The translations under genes were made by a program, and so were the position numbers. Positions 35,170 through 43,372 of a stretch of 46,183 nucleotides of DNA are shown one piece after another; position 1 is the stretch's first letter; each line of letters opens with the position of its first letter. Location of the stretch: assembly GCA_039916065.1 (NCBI GenBank), contig JBDSME010000630.1:1-46183 (forward strand), in the 5' to 3' direction. This stretch comes from Polyangia bacterium (GTDB taxonomy: Bacteria > Myxococcota_A > Polyangia > Fen-1088). The notes beneath the pieces are model-generated. The model was not told where the DNA came from and searched no databases. It saw only the letters and a list, made by a program, of their open reading frames with translations.

Positions 35170-35997
35170 TTATGAGGGAACGACGTGCTCGCGCGGCAGC
35201 TTGGTCATGCCTTCATCGGTGATCGAGCCGGCGGGGATGGCGCTGACATTCGACCCCTTCTCGATGAAGACGATGCTGTGGTAGCAGTGCACCCCTACGA
35301 CGCTGCTATCGAACTCTCCGGCCGCTCGCGTGGCGGACCGAATGTCCTCGTAGTGCAGCCCGTCCAACAGTTGCTTCACGAACCCCATGGTGGTGCGGGT
35401 ATCACTCAAGTCATCGGACGACCCACCAAAGGTATCCCAGTAGGATGCGTGGGTGTCCTCGATCACGTAGATACCGTCGTCGGCCAGCAGCGGAAACAGC
35501 ACCTGGAACGACGCGATCACGTGTTCGCTGATGTGGCTGCCATCGTCGATGATCACGTCAGGGCGACCAATGGTTGCGACGACGTGGCGGAGAAAGTCGG
35601 GATCCGCCTGGCTACCCTGAAAGGTGCGCACCCTCCCGCTGTCGTGCGGTGACTTGTTGTAGATGTCCACGCCAGCGACGCGGGCCCGGGGCAGATAGGT
35701 CTCCCACATCCGCAGCGATCCGCCGCCGGCCACCGGCGTATCGTAGCCACCGATTCCGATCTCCAGCAGGTTGAGACGGCGCGCCCGCAGAGGTCCGAAG
35801 TGCCGCTCGTATAAGGGGTAGTACCAGAGGTGCTTGCCGGCATTGAAAGTCTCGCCAATCCCGCGCAGGCTGCGCGGGTGACGCACCGTCGTCGACAACC
35901 TCTGCACCTTCCAGTAGGCCTTGCGCAGCCGCGCAATTTCCGCCGGTCCCAGATGCGCTTTCAGCAACTGCCGAAGTGGCTCTGTGATCGACTTCAT
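35170..35997 (-). CDS. Class I SAM-dependent methyltransferase (sugar O-methyltransferase-like)
   Basis: LNLLEIGIGGYD...GGSLRMWETYLPRARVAGVDI...VIIDDGSHISEH...DDGIYVIEDTH. From memory this resembles deoxysugar O-methyltransferases, but that is not verified. ATGA overlap with the upstream MT. Confidence 0.7.
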   Translation of the reverse strand: MKSITEPLRQLLKAHLGPAEIARLRKAYWKVQRLSTTVRHPRSLRGIGETFNAGKHLWYYPLYERHFGPLRARRLNLLEIGIGGYDTPVAGGGSLRMWETYLPRARVAGVDIYNKSPHDSGRVRTFQGSQADPDFLRHVVATIGRPDVIIDDGSHISEHVIASFQVLFPLLADDGIYVIEDTHASYWDTFGGSSDDLSDTRTTMGFVKQLLDGLHYEDIRSATRAAGEFDSSVVGVHCYHSIVFIEKGSNVSAIPAGSITDEGMTKLPREHVVPS

Positions 35998-36845
35998 GGA
36001 CCTTCACTGGCTGGTTTCAGCGACTCTCCTGGGGATGAGGCGGGGCGCAACACGGCCGCGAAATGGGTATGCAGCTTGCGTCTCAGCGCCGGTGGTGTCC
36101 GCACCGTGACCCGTTCCACCAGGTTCACCAACGACCTGGGCAAGAACGGCAACAACAAACCCGACTTCAAGTGTCCCTGTGTCAACGGGTTGGTGAAAAT
36201 TCGCAATTCGGCCACGCACAATCCCGCCTGACCAGCCAGCCGATACAGCTCGTCTTCGTGCAAGAGGAAGATGTGCCCGTCGGAGTCCGGCTTGAACTGA
36301 TCCTTTTCAAACAGCGACGGGTCCGGGCAGTCGGAAAACCGAGGCAATCGGTTGCGGAAGTAGCCCCCATTCGGGGTGGTCATGATGATGACCCCTTGAG
36401 GCTTGACCAGTGTGGCGATGCGCCGCAGGAACTGGTCGGGGTGGGCCACGTGCTCGATCACCTCGGCGATCAAAACAGCGTCGAACTTATCGATCGGTGC
36501 AGGGAGATCCAACACGTTACCGGCACAGTAGTGGACCACGCCGCATTCCCACTTGGCCCTTACATAATCGGCCAGCTCCTCGCGCAGGTCATTCCAGGTC
36601 ACGTCGTACCCAGCCTCGGCCAACCGCAAGGTGAAGTTTCCTTGCGCCGCCGCCACGTCCAAAATTCGCGCGCCGGTAGGCACGGCGCGCCGGATCATGT
36701 CGAAGGTGTTGTCCGCCCGGGCCTGGTACGCGTAGGCGTAGCCCCGCATCTCCGGGGAAACCTGGCCGAACACTTCGGCCTGATCGAAATAGTGGCTCTG
36801 TTTCCAGCTTTCGGGCCAGGCGCTGTCGCGAACGGGCGACTTCAT
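35994..36845 (-). CDS. Class I SAM-dependent methyltransferase
   Basis: ARILDVAAAQGNFTLRLAEAGYDVTWNDL, FDAVLIAEVIEHVAHP, VKPQGVIIMTTPNGGYFRN. ATGA overlap with the gmd stop. Confidence 0.75.
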   Translation of the reverse strand: MKSPVRDSAWPESWKQSHYFDQAEVFGQVSPEMRGYAYAYQARADNTFDMIRRAVPTGARILDVAAAQGNFTLRLAEAGYDVTWNDLREELADYVRAKWECGVVHYCAGNVLDLPAPIDKFDAVLIAEVIEHVAHPDQFLRRIATLVKPQGVIIMTTPNGGYFRNRLPRFSDCPDPSLFEKDQFKPDSDGHIFLLHEDELYRLAGQAGLCVAELRIFTNPLTQGHLKSGLLLPFLPRSLVNLVERVTVRTPPALRRKLHTHFAAVLRPASSPGESLKPASEGP

Positions 36846-37852
36846 CGCTGAATGGGGGCGTCAGCCGTGACGCTGCTGCTCGGGCTGTCGAACGGGACCT
36901 CGCAGCCCAGCAGGCGAAGGTCGGCCGCGAGGAGGATACGCAGAATCCCTTCGAACTTGATGCGGGGAGTGATCCCCAAGGTACGCTGCAACTTAGCCGT
37001 GTTGCCAATGATGGGCATCTGTTCGCTCGGCCGCACCAGAGTGTCGTCGACACGGGCAAACTTGGTCCAGTCCAACCCGACCAGACCAAAGGCCGAGGAG
37101 GCCAGGTCCCGGACAGTGTGGCCCTCACCGGTGGCGACCACGAAATCGTCGGGCTTGTCCAGATCGAGTAGCTTGACCGAGAGCGCAGCGTACTCTGGGG
37201 CGTATCCCCAGTCGCGCACCGTGTCCAAATTTCCCAGGGTCAGATGTGTCGAACGCCCAGCGACGATCTCCGCTACTCCCCGGGTGACCTTTCGGAAGAC
37301 GAACTCAGGCGTGCGACGCAGCGATTCGTTGGTGAAGAAAATGATGTTGGTGGCGAACTGCCCGTATTTTCTGCGGTAGGCCCTGACGGTGTGATAGGCA
37401 AAAGCCTTCGCGATCCCGTATGGATTGAGCGGCCGAATTGGTGTTTCCTCGTCCTGCGGAGAGCGCTCCGCTTCGGCGAACAGCTCGCTGGAGCCCGCCT
37501 GGAGGACCCGACAGCCCGGTGCGGCTCGTCGAACGGCCTCCAGCAATCGCACCAGTCCCAAAGCCGTATACTGGGAGGTCAGGATGGGCTGCGTCCAGGA
37601 GGCTGGAATCACGCTCTGAGCCCCAAAGTTGAAGATCCGATCCGGCCGCACCTGTTCCATGATGGAAAGAAGGGAATACTCGTCCAACAGATCGCCGGTG
37701 ATGGGGTGGTACGGCAGTGATGCATCCCCTGCGTTGCGGCCAGTTGTCGACTGCCGGACCAGGCCCCACACCGTGTCGCCCCGCTGCGAGAGCTGTTCGG
37801 CCACAAAGTAGCCAAGCTGTCCGGTGACGCCGGTGACGAGAACACTGCCCAT
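36842..37852 (-). CDS. gmd: GDP-mannose 4,6-dehydratase
   Basis: VLVTGVTGQLGYFVAEQL, NPYGIAKAFAYH (YxxxK), FTNESLRRTPEFVFRKVTRG, LGNLDTVRDWGYAPEY. Confidence 0.85.
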   Translation of the reverse strand: MGSVLVTGVTGQLGYFVAEQLSQRGDTVWGLVRQSTTGRNAGDASLPYHPITGDLLDEYSLLSIMEQVRPDRIFNFGAQSVIPASWTQPILTSQYTALGLVRLLEAVRRAAPGCRVLQAGSSELFAEAERSPQDEETPIRPLNPYGIAKAFAYHTVRAYRRKYGQFATNIIFFTNESLRRTPEFVFRKVTRGVAEIVAGRSTHLTLGNLDTVRDWGYAPEYAALSVKLLDLDKPDDFVVATGEGHTVRDLASSAFGLVGLDWTKFARVDDTLVRPSEQMPIIGNTAKLQRTLGITPRIKFEGILRILLAADLRLLGCEVPFDSPSSSVTADAPIQR

Positions 37853-37888
37853 TTTTGCGCGGCGGGTAGCCTAACACATGGGTCGCGT

Positions 37889-40537
37889 TTATGGACCTGG
37901 CGCGTCGGCTCTGGGGACGATGTGGCCGGCGGTGTCTCTGCGGATCCCCAGACGCGCGGCGGCCTGCTCGTCGTCCATGCGGCGCAGAGCCTCGCTGGCC
38001 TGCTTGTCAGGCGCCAAGCGCATGACCTCGGCGTACGCGTCGCGCGCCACCGTGAAGTAGCGCGCTGCTTCCGCCGTGGAGGCAAACTGTCGCCACAACC
38101 CCGCGTCGTCCGGTGACGCCATGGTGGCGATCCGAAACTCCGCCATTGCATCTCGCACCCGCCCGAGCGCCACATAGATTCCTGCTGCCGCCAGGTTCGC
38201 CTCGACGGTCGAGCGTCCCACCTCCTGCAGTGCCTGTTTGTAACCAAGGATGGCGCGTTCCGCGGCGGTCCAGCGCTCGAAACGGGACACCAGCTCGATC
38301 CGCTTTCGCTGCAGGTCCAGGTCCGAGGGTTTCCGGTCGAGCGCGCGCTCGACGGTCGCCAGCGCCACTGAAGCCGCATCCTTACCACCCTGTCTCACCA
38401 TGTACTCGGCGTCTAGAAGCGCCACCCGGCTATCGTCGGGGGCCAACGATCGTGCGTCCGCCAGCGCCTTTCCGGTCAGCTCGGCGTCAGCGTTGGTCGA
38501 CAGATCCATTCGGGCTCGCAAGAGCGCCACTTCCAGCTTCGGAGCCCCCATCGCGGAGGCGGAATCGATGACAGGCGCCGCCCGCTCTGGATGGGGACGC
38601 ACCAGGATGAACTGCGCCACCTCCAAAATGCGCTGCGGATTGTCATCAGCCAAGCGCGTCAGCTCCAGCGGCTGGGCTCCCAGTCGCGTCAACTCGTCCA
38701 GGGACTGACGAAAGATCGCCGGTTGGTTGCGCGTGGCGGTCGCCCACTCCGACAACGCCTGCGGCCGCCTTCCCAGCCGCCACATCGTGCGCGCCACCTG
38801 TAAATGGACCTCCGGGCAATTCGCACACAGGCGCAGCGCCTGATTCAGGGCACGCAGCCGGGGCGAGGGTCCCCCGTTGGGCGACACCAGTGGTTCCACC
38901 GTCGAAAGGACCAGTGGGTAATAATAGTCGAGGGGATGAGCCTGGCGGGCTGCCCAGATCACCTCTCGACGATCATGCGCCCCGACAACACCCTTGAGTT
39001 CGGCGTCGAAATCTCGGCCGCTGCTCCGCACCGTCGCCCACAGCGACAAGCAGCCCACGATCACCGCCCCCCCTAGCCCGGCCAGCACGACTCGGGTCGT
39101 CCGCTGGTGGTCGGTGGATTCCGGAAGGGTGGCGAGGTCAGGCAGCGGCGACACAGGGTGATTGCGGCCCAACAGGGTTCCCAGGACGGCCATGAAGGGG
39201 AGCAACACACCCAAGGTCTCCAGCCCGAAATCCGTTACGCTGTGGGCGGCAATGGCGGTGACGCCGGCCAGCAGACCCAGCTCGAGCCCGTCCCTGCGAC
39301 CATGTTTGGCGAGGTGACGCAGCGGAAGCACGGCCGCACACACCACGAGGGCGAACCCCCAGTAACCGAAATCGATCAACATCTGCAAAGGTTCGTTCTC
39401 GACGAAAGAGAACCGCACCGGTCGCCCAATCTCCATGGTGCGATAAATGGGGTACACGACGTCGAACGCTTGCCGACCGATCCCAAAGGGGTGGGCACGC
39501 AGCACGGTGAGACTGTCGCGCCACACTCCCAGCCGCATGTCGCTGCCCACGGCATTGGCTCGGAATCGGTCCAGCAATTGCCCCGCGCCGATGCTGACGG
39601 CGATCACTCCGACGGCGATCAACCCGACAACTACCGCCAGCCACCCACGCCGAGGCGGCAAGGGCGTTGACAGCTCGGGGACCCTCTCGACAGTACGACC
39701 GAGGATCAGGACGGCGACACCGATCCCAAGAGCAAAGACCGATGAGCGAGAGAGAGTCGCCAGGGCGCCTGCGGCACTGATGGCCGCGGCTCCGAACCAC
39801 GAAGCGCGCGTGATGGTCGTGGCGCTCTGTCGTGCACACGCAATCGCCGTGAAGGTGGCCAGCTCGAGGAATTCCGCCGTGTGGTTCGCGTTGACGAATG
39901 GACCTGTCAGCAGGGCGGCGTGACGGCCATTGGTGAATAATCCGTAGATTGTGGTGATGGCGAGGATACGGTGCCCAAGACCGATCACCACTGCCGCCAC
40001 TCCCGTGATAGCCACAGCGCGGAGAAACAGCGACCGTCCGGTTCTCTTGGCGGCCCAGTGGTACGCGAGAACAAACGTTAAAAAAGCCGCCACAGATCGC
40101 GCCAGCACCTGAACGGTAGCGGGGGAATCCAGGGTCAGGGGGCGCCAACCAGCGGTTCCTCCCCCTCCCTGCGCCAAGAGCGCAGCCCCGCGTGGATCCA
40201 GCCGGTCGCCGAGGCCAGGCGGCAGCGGCAGCAGCTGCAGCGCGGTGAGCACGACAAAGACCGCCGGAAAAAGTGCGACGGCGGAGATCTTGATCCGGCG
40301 GCCAGAGCGCGACCCGGCAACGGCCAAGACAACCGTAGACGCCATCACCATCAGGCAAAGGACAATCAACGCGGGACGGTGAACTCCGCCGGCGGCGAGA
40401 GGTGCCAGAACGAGCGCAGCGAGCGCCAGGCCTAGCGATAAGTTGGCCAGGCCATTGCGGCGCCCTCGTTGGCGCGAGGAGGAGGACCGTTTGGAGCGTG
40501 AGCTACTGGCCCGGCGGGCTGCGGCCGGCAACTCCAC
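37889..40537 (-). CDS. Large fusion protein: Wzy_C (O-antigen polymerase/ligase-like) polytopic domain plus C-terminal TPR-like helical repeat domain
   Basis: Multiple TM segments with LATLSRSSVFALGIGVAVLIL (Wzy_C-like). The last 350 aa or so are Ala/Leu/Arg-rich helical repeats (TPR-like). Start placed at GTG 40537, 4 nt after the OPX stop. The ORF is open to GTG 40657, which would overlap the OPX gene by 116 nt. Confidence 0.7.
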   Translation of the reverse strand: MELPAAARRASSSRSKRSSSSRQRGRRNGLANLSLGLALAALVLAPLAAGGVHRPALIVLCLMVMASTVVLAVAGSRSGRRIKISAVALFPAVFVVLTALQLLPLPPGLGDRLDPRGAALLAQGGGGTAGWRPLTLDSPATVQVLARSVAAFLTFVLAYHWAAKRTGRSLFLRAVAITGVAAVVIGLGHRILAITTIYGLFTNGRHAALLTGPFVNANHTAEFLELATFTAIACARQSATTITRASWFGAAAISAAGALATLSRSSVFALGIGVAVLILGRTVERVPELSTPLPPRRGWLAVVVGLIAVGVIAVSIGAGQLLDRFRANAVGSDMRLGVWRDSLTVLRAHPFGIGRQAFDVVYPIYRTMEIGRPVRFSFVENEPLQMLIDFGYWGFALVVCAAVLPLRHLAKHGRRDGLELGLLAGVTAIAAHSVTDFGLETLGVLLPFMAVLGTLLGRNHPVSPLPDLATLPESTDHQRTTRVVLAGLGGAVIVGCLSLWATVRSSGRDFDAELKGVVGAHDRREVIWAARQAHPLDYYYPLVLSTVEPLVSPNGGPSPRLRALNQALRLCANCPEVHLQVARTMWRLGRRPQALSEWATATRNQPAIFRQSLDELTRLGAQPLELTRLADDNPQRILEVAQFILVRPHPERAAPVIDSASAMGAPKLEVALLRARMDLSTNADAELTGKALADARSLAPDDSRVALLDAEYMVRQGGKDAASVALATVERALDRKPSDLDLQRKRIELVSRFERWTAAERAILGYKQALQEVGRSTVEANLAAAGIYVALGRVRDAMAEFRIATMASPDDAGLWRQFASTAEAARYFTVARDAYAEVMRLAPDKQASEALRRMDDEQAAARLGIRRDTAGHIVPRADAPGP

Positions 40538-40541
40538 GTGG

Positions 40542-41162
40542 CTAAAACAGACGCTCCTCAACCACCACGAGATCTCCGGGAAGAACGGGGATATTGCTCG
40601 ATCGGCCCTCGGTGATGTCCGCAACGCGATAGACGCGGCTCTCCACCTTACCGCCACCCTCCCGACGCAGACTCACGGAATTCTTGGCCGCGATGCCCGT
40701 AAAGCCACCGGCCAGAGCAATCGCATCTATGATCGTCATGTGGGGATGGTAAGCCACTGGACCGGGCTTCTGCACCTGCCCCAGCACGGATACCTTCCGG
40801 CTGTTCCATTCCTTCATAACCACGGTCACCTGCGGATTCTTGAGGTAGCCCTCACGCAGGCGCTCGGTCACCTTTTTCTGGATGTCTCCCGTTCGAAGCC
40901 CAGCCACCTGGATTCTACCGGCGAGAGGGAAGTCGATGGTGCCATCCGAGGCAACCCGATAGGTGCTGGACAAATCGTTCTCGCCAAACACGCGGACGTC
41001 GAAGATGTCGTCAACGCCGACCTGATCGTCCGGCGGCATCTGCTCCATGACGCCCACTGAGACCGGAGGAGGCGCGCTCTTGTAACAGCCCACCCCGAGA
41101 CCGCTGGCGGCCATAACAACAAGAATGGCGCTGATTCCAGCGACTTGCCCCACGCGAAACAT
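40542..41162 (-). CDS. Short outer-membrane polysaccharide export (OPX, Wza-like) lipoprotein: PES plus a single SLBB, no C-terminal pore helix
   Basis: Lipoprotein-like signal ...AASGLGVGC. Poly_export region YRVASDGTIDFPLAGRIQVAGLRTGDIQKKVTERL...NPQVTVVMKE. One SLBB, VSVLGQVQKPGPVAY...IIDAIALAGGF...LPGDLVVVEE. AGAGG SD lies 6 nt upstream of ATG 41162. Only 206 aa. Confidence 0.8.
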   Translation of the reverse strand: MFRVGQVAGISAILVVMAASGLGVGCYKSAPPPVSVGVMEQMPPDDQVGVDDIFDVRVFGENDLSSTYRVASDGTIDFPLAGRIQVAGLRTGDIQKKVTERLREGYLKNPQVTVVMKEWNSRKVSVLGQVQKPGPVAYHPHMTIIDAIALAGGFTGIAAKNSVSLRREGGGKVESRVYRVADITEGRSSNIPVLPGDLVVVEERLF

Positions 41163-41174
41163 ATAACCTCTATC

Positions 41175-42488
41175 CTAGTACGTGATACCGACCCGGGCAA
41201 ACGTCTGATGCTTCGTGTAATTCACCCCGGCCAACGCATTACCCATCGGCATATAGTCACTGCGGTTGACATTCAGGGTGTACGAAACGCCGGCATAAGC
41301 CCACGTCTTCAGGTAATAGTCCAGAATCACGCCTGCTTGGGTAAACTTGTCTCGCCGCGGATCTTGCGCCCCCGGCAGGCCATAGTAGCGGCGGTAGTCG
41401 TAGGAGCCCCAGAGTTGTCCCACGAAGCGGTCAGAAATCTGCTGTGAGGCGGTAGCGTAGGTCCCATCGGAGTAATAGAAATTGCCAATTACGGAATTCT
41501 GGAAATCATGGCGGACACCCAACGACAACCGCGTTGAGAGAATGGGCAGGTAGACCACCTCGGCCGCAGCGGAGGTGGATCCGAGGAATCCCCCGGTATT
41601 GACCCCATTTGAGTAGAAACCGTTCTGGTAACCGAGCGCCAAAGCAACAGAGGTTTTCTCGGTCACCAGGCCGCGAATACCCACCACCGCCCGCAGGGGG
41701 TAAGAGGACGATTTCTGGGTAGCTGACAAAGTCATCCCGGGGTCGGAGTTGAAATAGCTGATGTATCCCTGCCGCAGTTGCAGGTACAGCGCCGTTTTCG
41801 GCAGCCATCGCCAGCTCAGGTCGAGCATTCCTTCGTGCCCCATTGCGTTAGCGGGCTTGAGGTAATCCGTCTCGAACCAGTCAATCGTGTTCGTGTATCG
41901 AACCAGGCCCTGCAGTCGACCACCGCCGGGCGCCCACCGCAACTGGGCTGTAGCCGTGTTGTTGTTTCGGATGATCAGCTGCTCCGTCGTCCCCCGCGTG
42001 TATGGAGCGTCCTCGGCGCGGGTATATATTTCGGTGGCACCAACAGCTAGCGAACCCCGCGAGTTATGCTCCACGGCGGCGTTCACAGTTGGAGAAAAGG
42101 ACCTCAACCTGGTGACGTCAGGCTGGTCGCTGAAATACTCACGGTAGAGCACCAGTGCGCGCAGGTCGTAGAAAAGCCCCGAAGGAACCTCACCGTTGCG
42201 AGAAGTATTGGTCAGCTCCATGAACGGGGTGACGCGAAGCACCGCCGAGGCGGCGCGGTCACTATCGTTATAGAAGACATTGCTGTCGTAGCCGGCTTCG
42301 ACGCCGACTCCTGCGTGAAGCAGTGCGCCGTCCCCGAGCCGAACGCCATTTTCAGGCGACAAGGGCTTTGCCGTGGACGTCACCACCCCGCCGCTGACGG
42401 GGCCGAGTTGCTGCTGCGCCTGTCCCTCACGCGCCGTGAGCAGCACCGCCGCCACCGCAACGCATCCCAACGAGATTCGTAGTGTCAT
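41175..42488 (-). CDS. Outer-membrane beta-barrel protein (candidate glycan-export porin)
   Basis: Sec signal MTLRISLGCVAVAAVLLTAREGQAQ at ATG 42488. Y/G/N/T-rich sequence with alternating hydrophobic pattern. Ends ...FARVGITY (aromatic C-terminus). 12 nt upstream of the OPX gene. Confidence 0.6.
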   Translation of the reverse strand: MTLRISLGCVAVAAVLLTAREGQAQQQLGPVSGGVVTSTAKPLSPENGVRLGDGALLHAGVGVEAGYDSNVFYNDSDRAASAVLRVTPFMELTNTSRNGEVPSGLFYDLRALVLYREYFSDQPDVTRLRSFSPTVNAAVEHNSRGSLAVGATEIYTRAEDAPYTRGTTEQLIIRNNNTATAQLRWAPGGGRLQGLVRYTNTIDWFETDYLKPANAMGHEGMLDLSWRWLPKTALYLQLRQGYISYFNSDPGMTLSATQKSSSYPLRAVVGIRGLVTEKTSVALALGYQNGFYSNGVNTGGFLGSTSAAAEVVYLPILSTRLSLGVRHDFQNSVIGNFYYSDGTYATASQQISDRFVGQLWGSYDYRRYYGLPGAQDPRRDKFTQAGVILDYYLKTWAYAGVSYTLNVNRSDYMPMGNALAGVNYTKHQTFARVGITY

Positions 42489-42552
42489 GCGCTGAGTAAT
42501 ATTGGTGTTAAGCGGTGAGCGAAAATAGTCAATCGTCTCTGGGTTCGTCCGG

Positions 42553-43140
42553 TTACCGATAAGTGCTGGCAGCCGGGGGGCGTTCGACCGCAGCCACCGG
42601 AATACCCGGCTGGGTCGGATCCGAATTGGGGATGTTGGGGTCGACCTCGACATCGATTCTCGTGGCTCCGACAAAGGTTAAATCCTCCCCAATACAATTT
42701 TCGGCCTCGGCGCCCAGCACCAAGACCTTCTGATTGATGATGGTGAGTCGGGTAAACTCGTGGGTTCTCCCACCTTCATCGGCTTTCGCTATGTTCTCCT
42801 GTAAGGCGGTCATCGCTTGGTCCGCAATGCTGGCGTTCACTTTCGCTTGAACCAGCTTGTCGGACACGCAGTTGAGTTTGATGATGTCCTTCTGCTTGCG
42901 CGCCGTTTCCTGGAGCACTTGGACGCGCTGCAGCACCTGGGTCATGCTCTGTTGGTACTGCCGGGCCTGACTTGTCATCTCATCAACTGTCAGCGTCGGC
43001 TTTTGGCCGACTGAAATGTCGACCTCGCCGCCGGCGGATGCGCCTCCGCCCGAGGCAGTTCCAGCAGGTGCGCTGGGCTGCGCGAAGACGGTGCTGGAAA
43101 CCAGGAGAGTTCCGGTGATTAGTTTGGTCAAGGTTTTCAA
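42553..43140 (-). CDS. Secreted hypothetical protein with a Q/K-rich helical (coiled-coil-like) core and two Cys
   Basis: TTG 43140 is preceded by GAGAGAGGA, giving (M)KTLTKLITGTLLVSSTVFA/QP, a clean Sec signal. The ORF is also open to GTG 43197. I recognise no family. Confidence 0.5.
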   Translation of the reverse strand: MKTLTKLITGTLLVSSTVFAQPSAPAGTASGGGASAGGEVDISVGQKPTLTVDEMTSQARQYQQSMTQVLQRVQVLQETARKQKDIIKLNCVSDKLVQAKVNASIADQAMTALQENIAKADEGGRTHEFTRLTIINQKVLVLGAEAENCIGEDLTFVGATRIDVEVDPNIPNSDPTQPGIPVAAVERPPAASTYR

Positions 43141-43211
43141 GTTTGAGTCCTCTCTCGCTTCACTTGCCCGCGGCAGGGTTGCTCGGAGCAGATCCACAAA
43201 AAGACGTAGGC

Positions 43212-43240
43212 ATCCTAGGCACGACTGAGTACCGTGTCAA
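43212..43240 (-). promoter_or_regulatory. Near-consensus sigma70-type promoter for the export module
   Basis: On the minus strand: TTGACA (43240-43235), exactly 17 nt, then TAGGAT (43217-43212). It lies about 70 nt upstream of TTG 43140 and its SD, which stands out in GC-rich DNA. Confidence 0.4.
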
Positions 43241-43372
43241 CCGATTGACGCCTTCGATCGGCGAGCGATGGAACGAACGCCCATTTGTGTCACCTCGTCG
43301 CTGCGGCGGGGAAGGCGGGACATCGTCCTGCCGGCGTGCGCACGCCGTGCATCCGCTTCCGTCCAGACCCGA

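Noticed and set aside
37889-43197. A possible PEP-CTERM/exosortase-type EPS system, since AsnB-like amidotransferase, Wzc, TPR protein, OPX and beta-barrel are common members of such loci.
   Set aside because: No exosortase (EpsH)-like polytopic ORF, PrsK/PrsR regulators or PEP-CTERM-tailed protein is recognisable in the window. This cannot be asserted without TIGRFAM searches and the flanking sequence.
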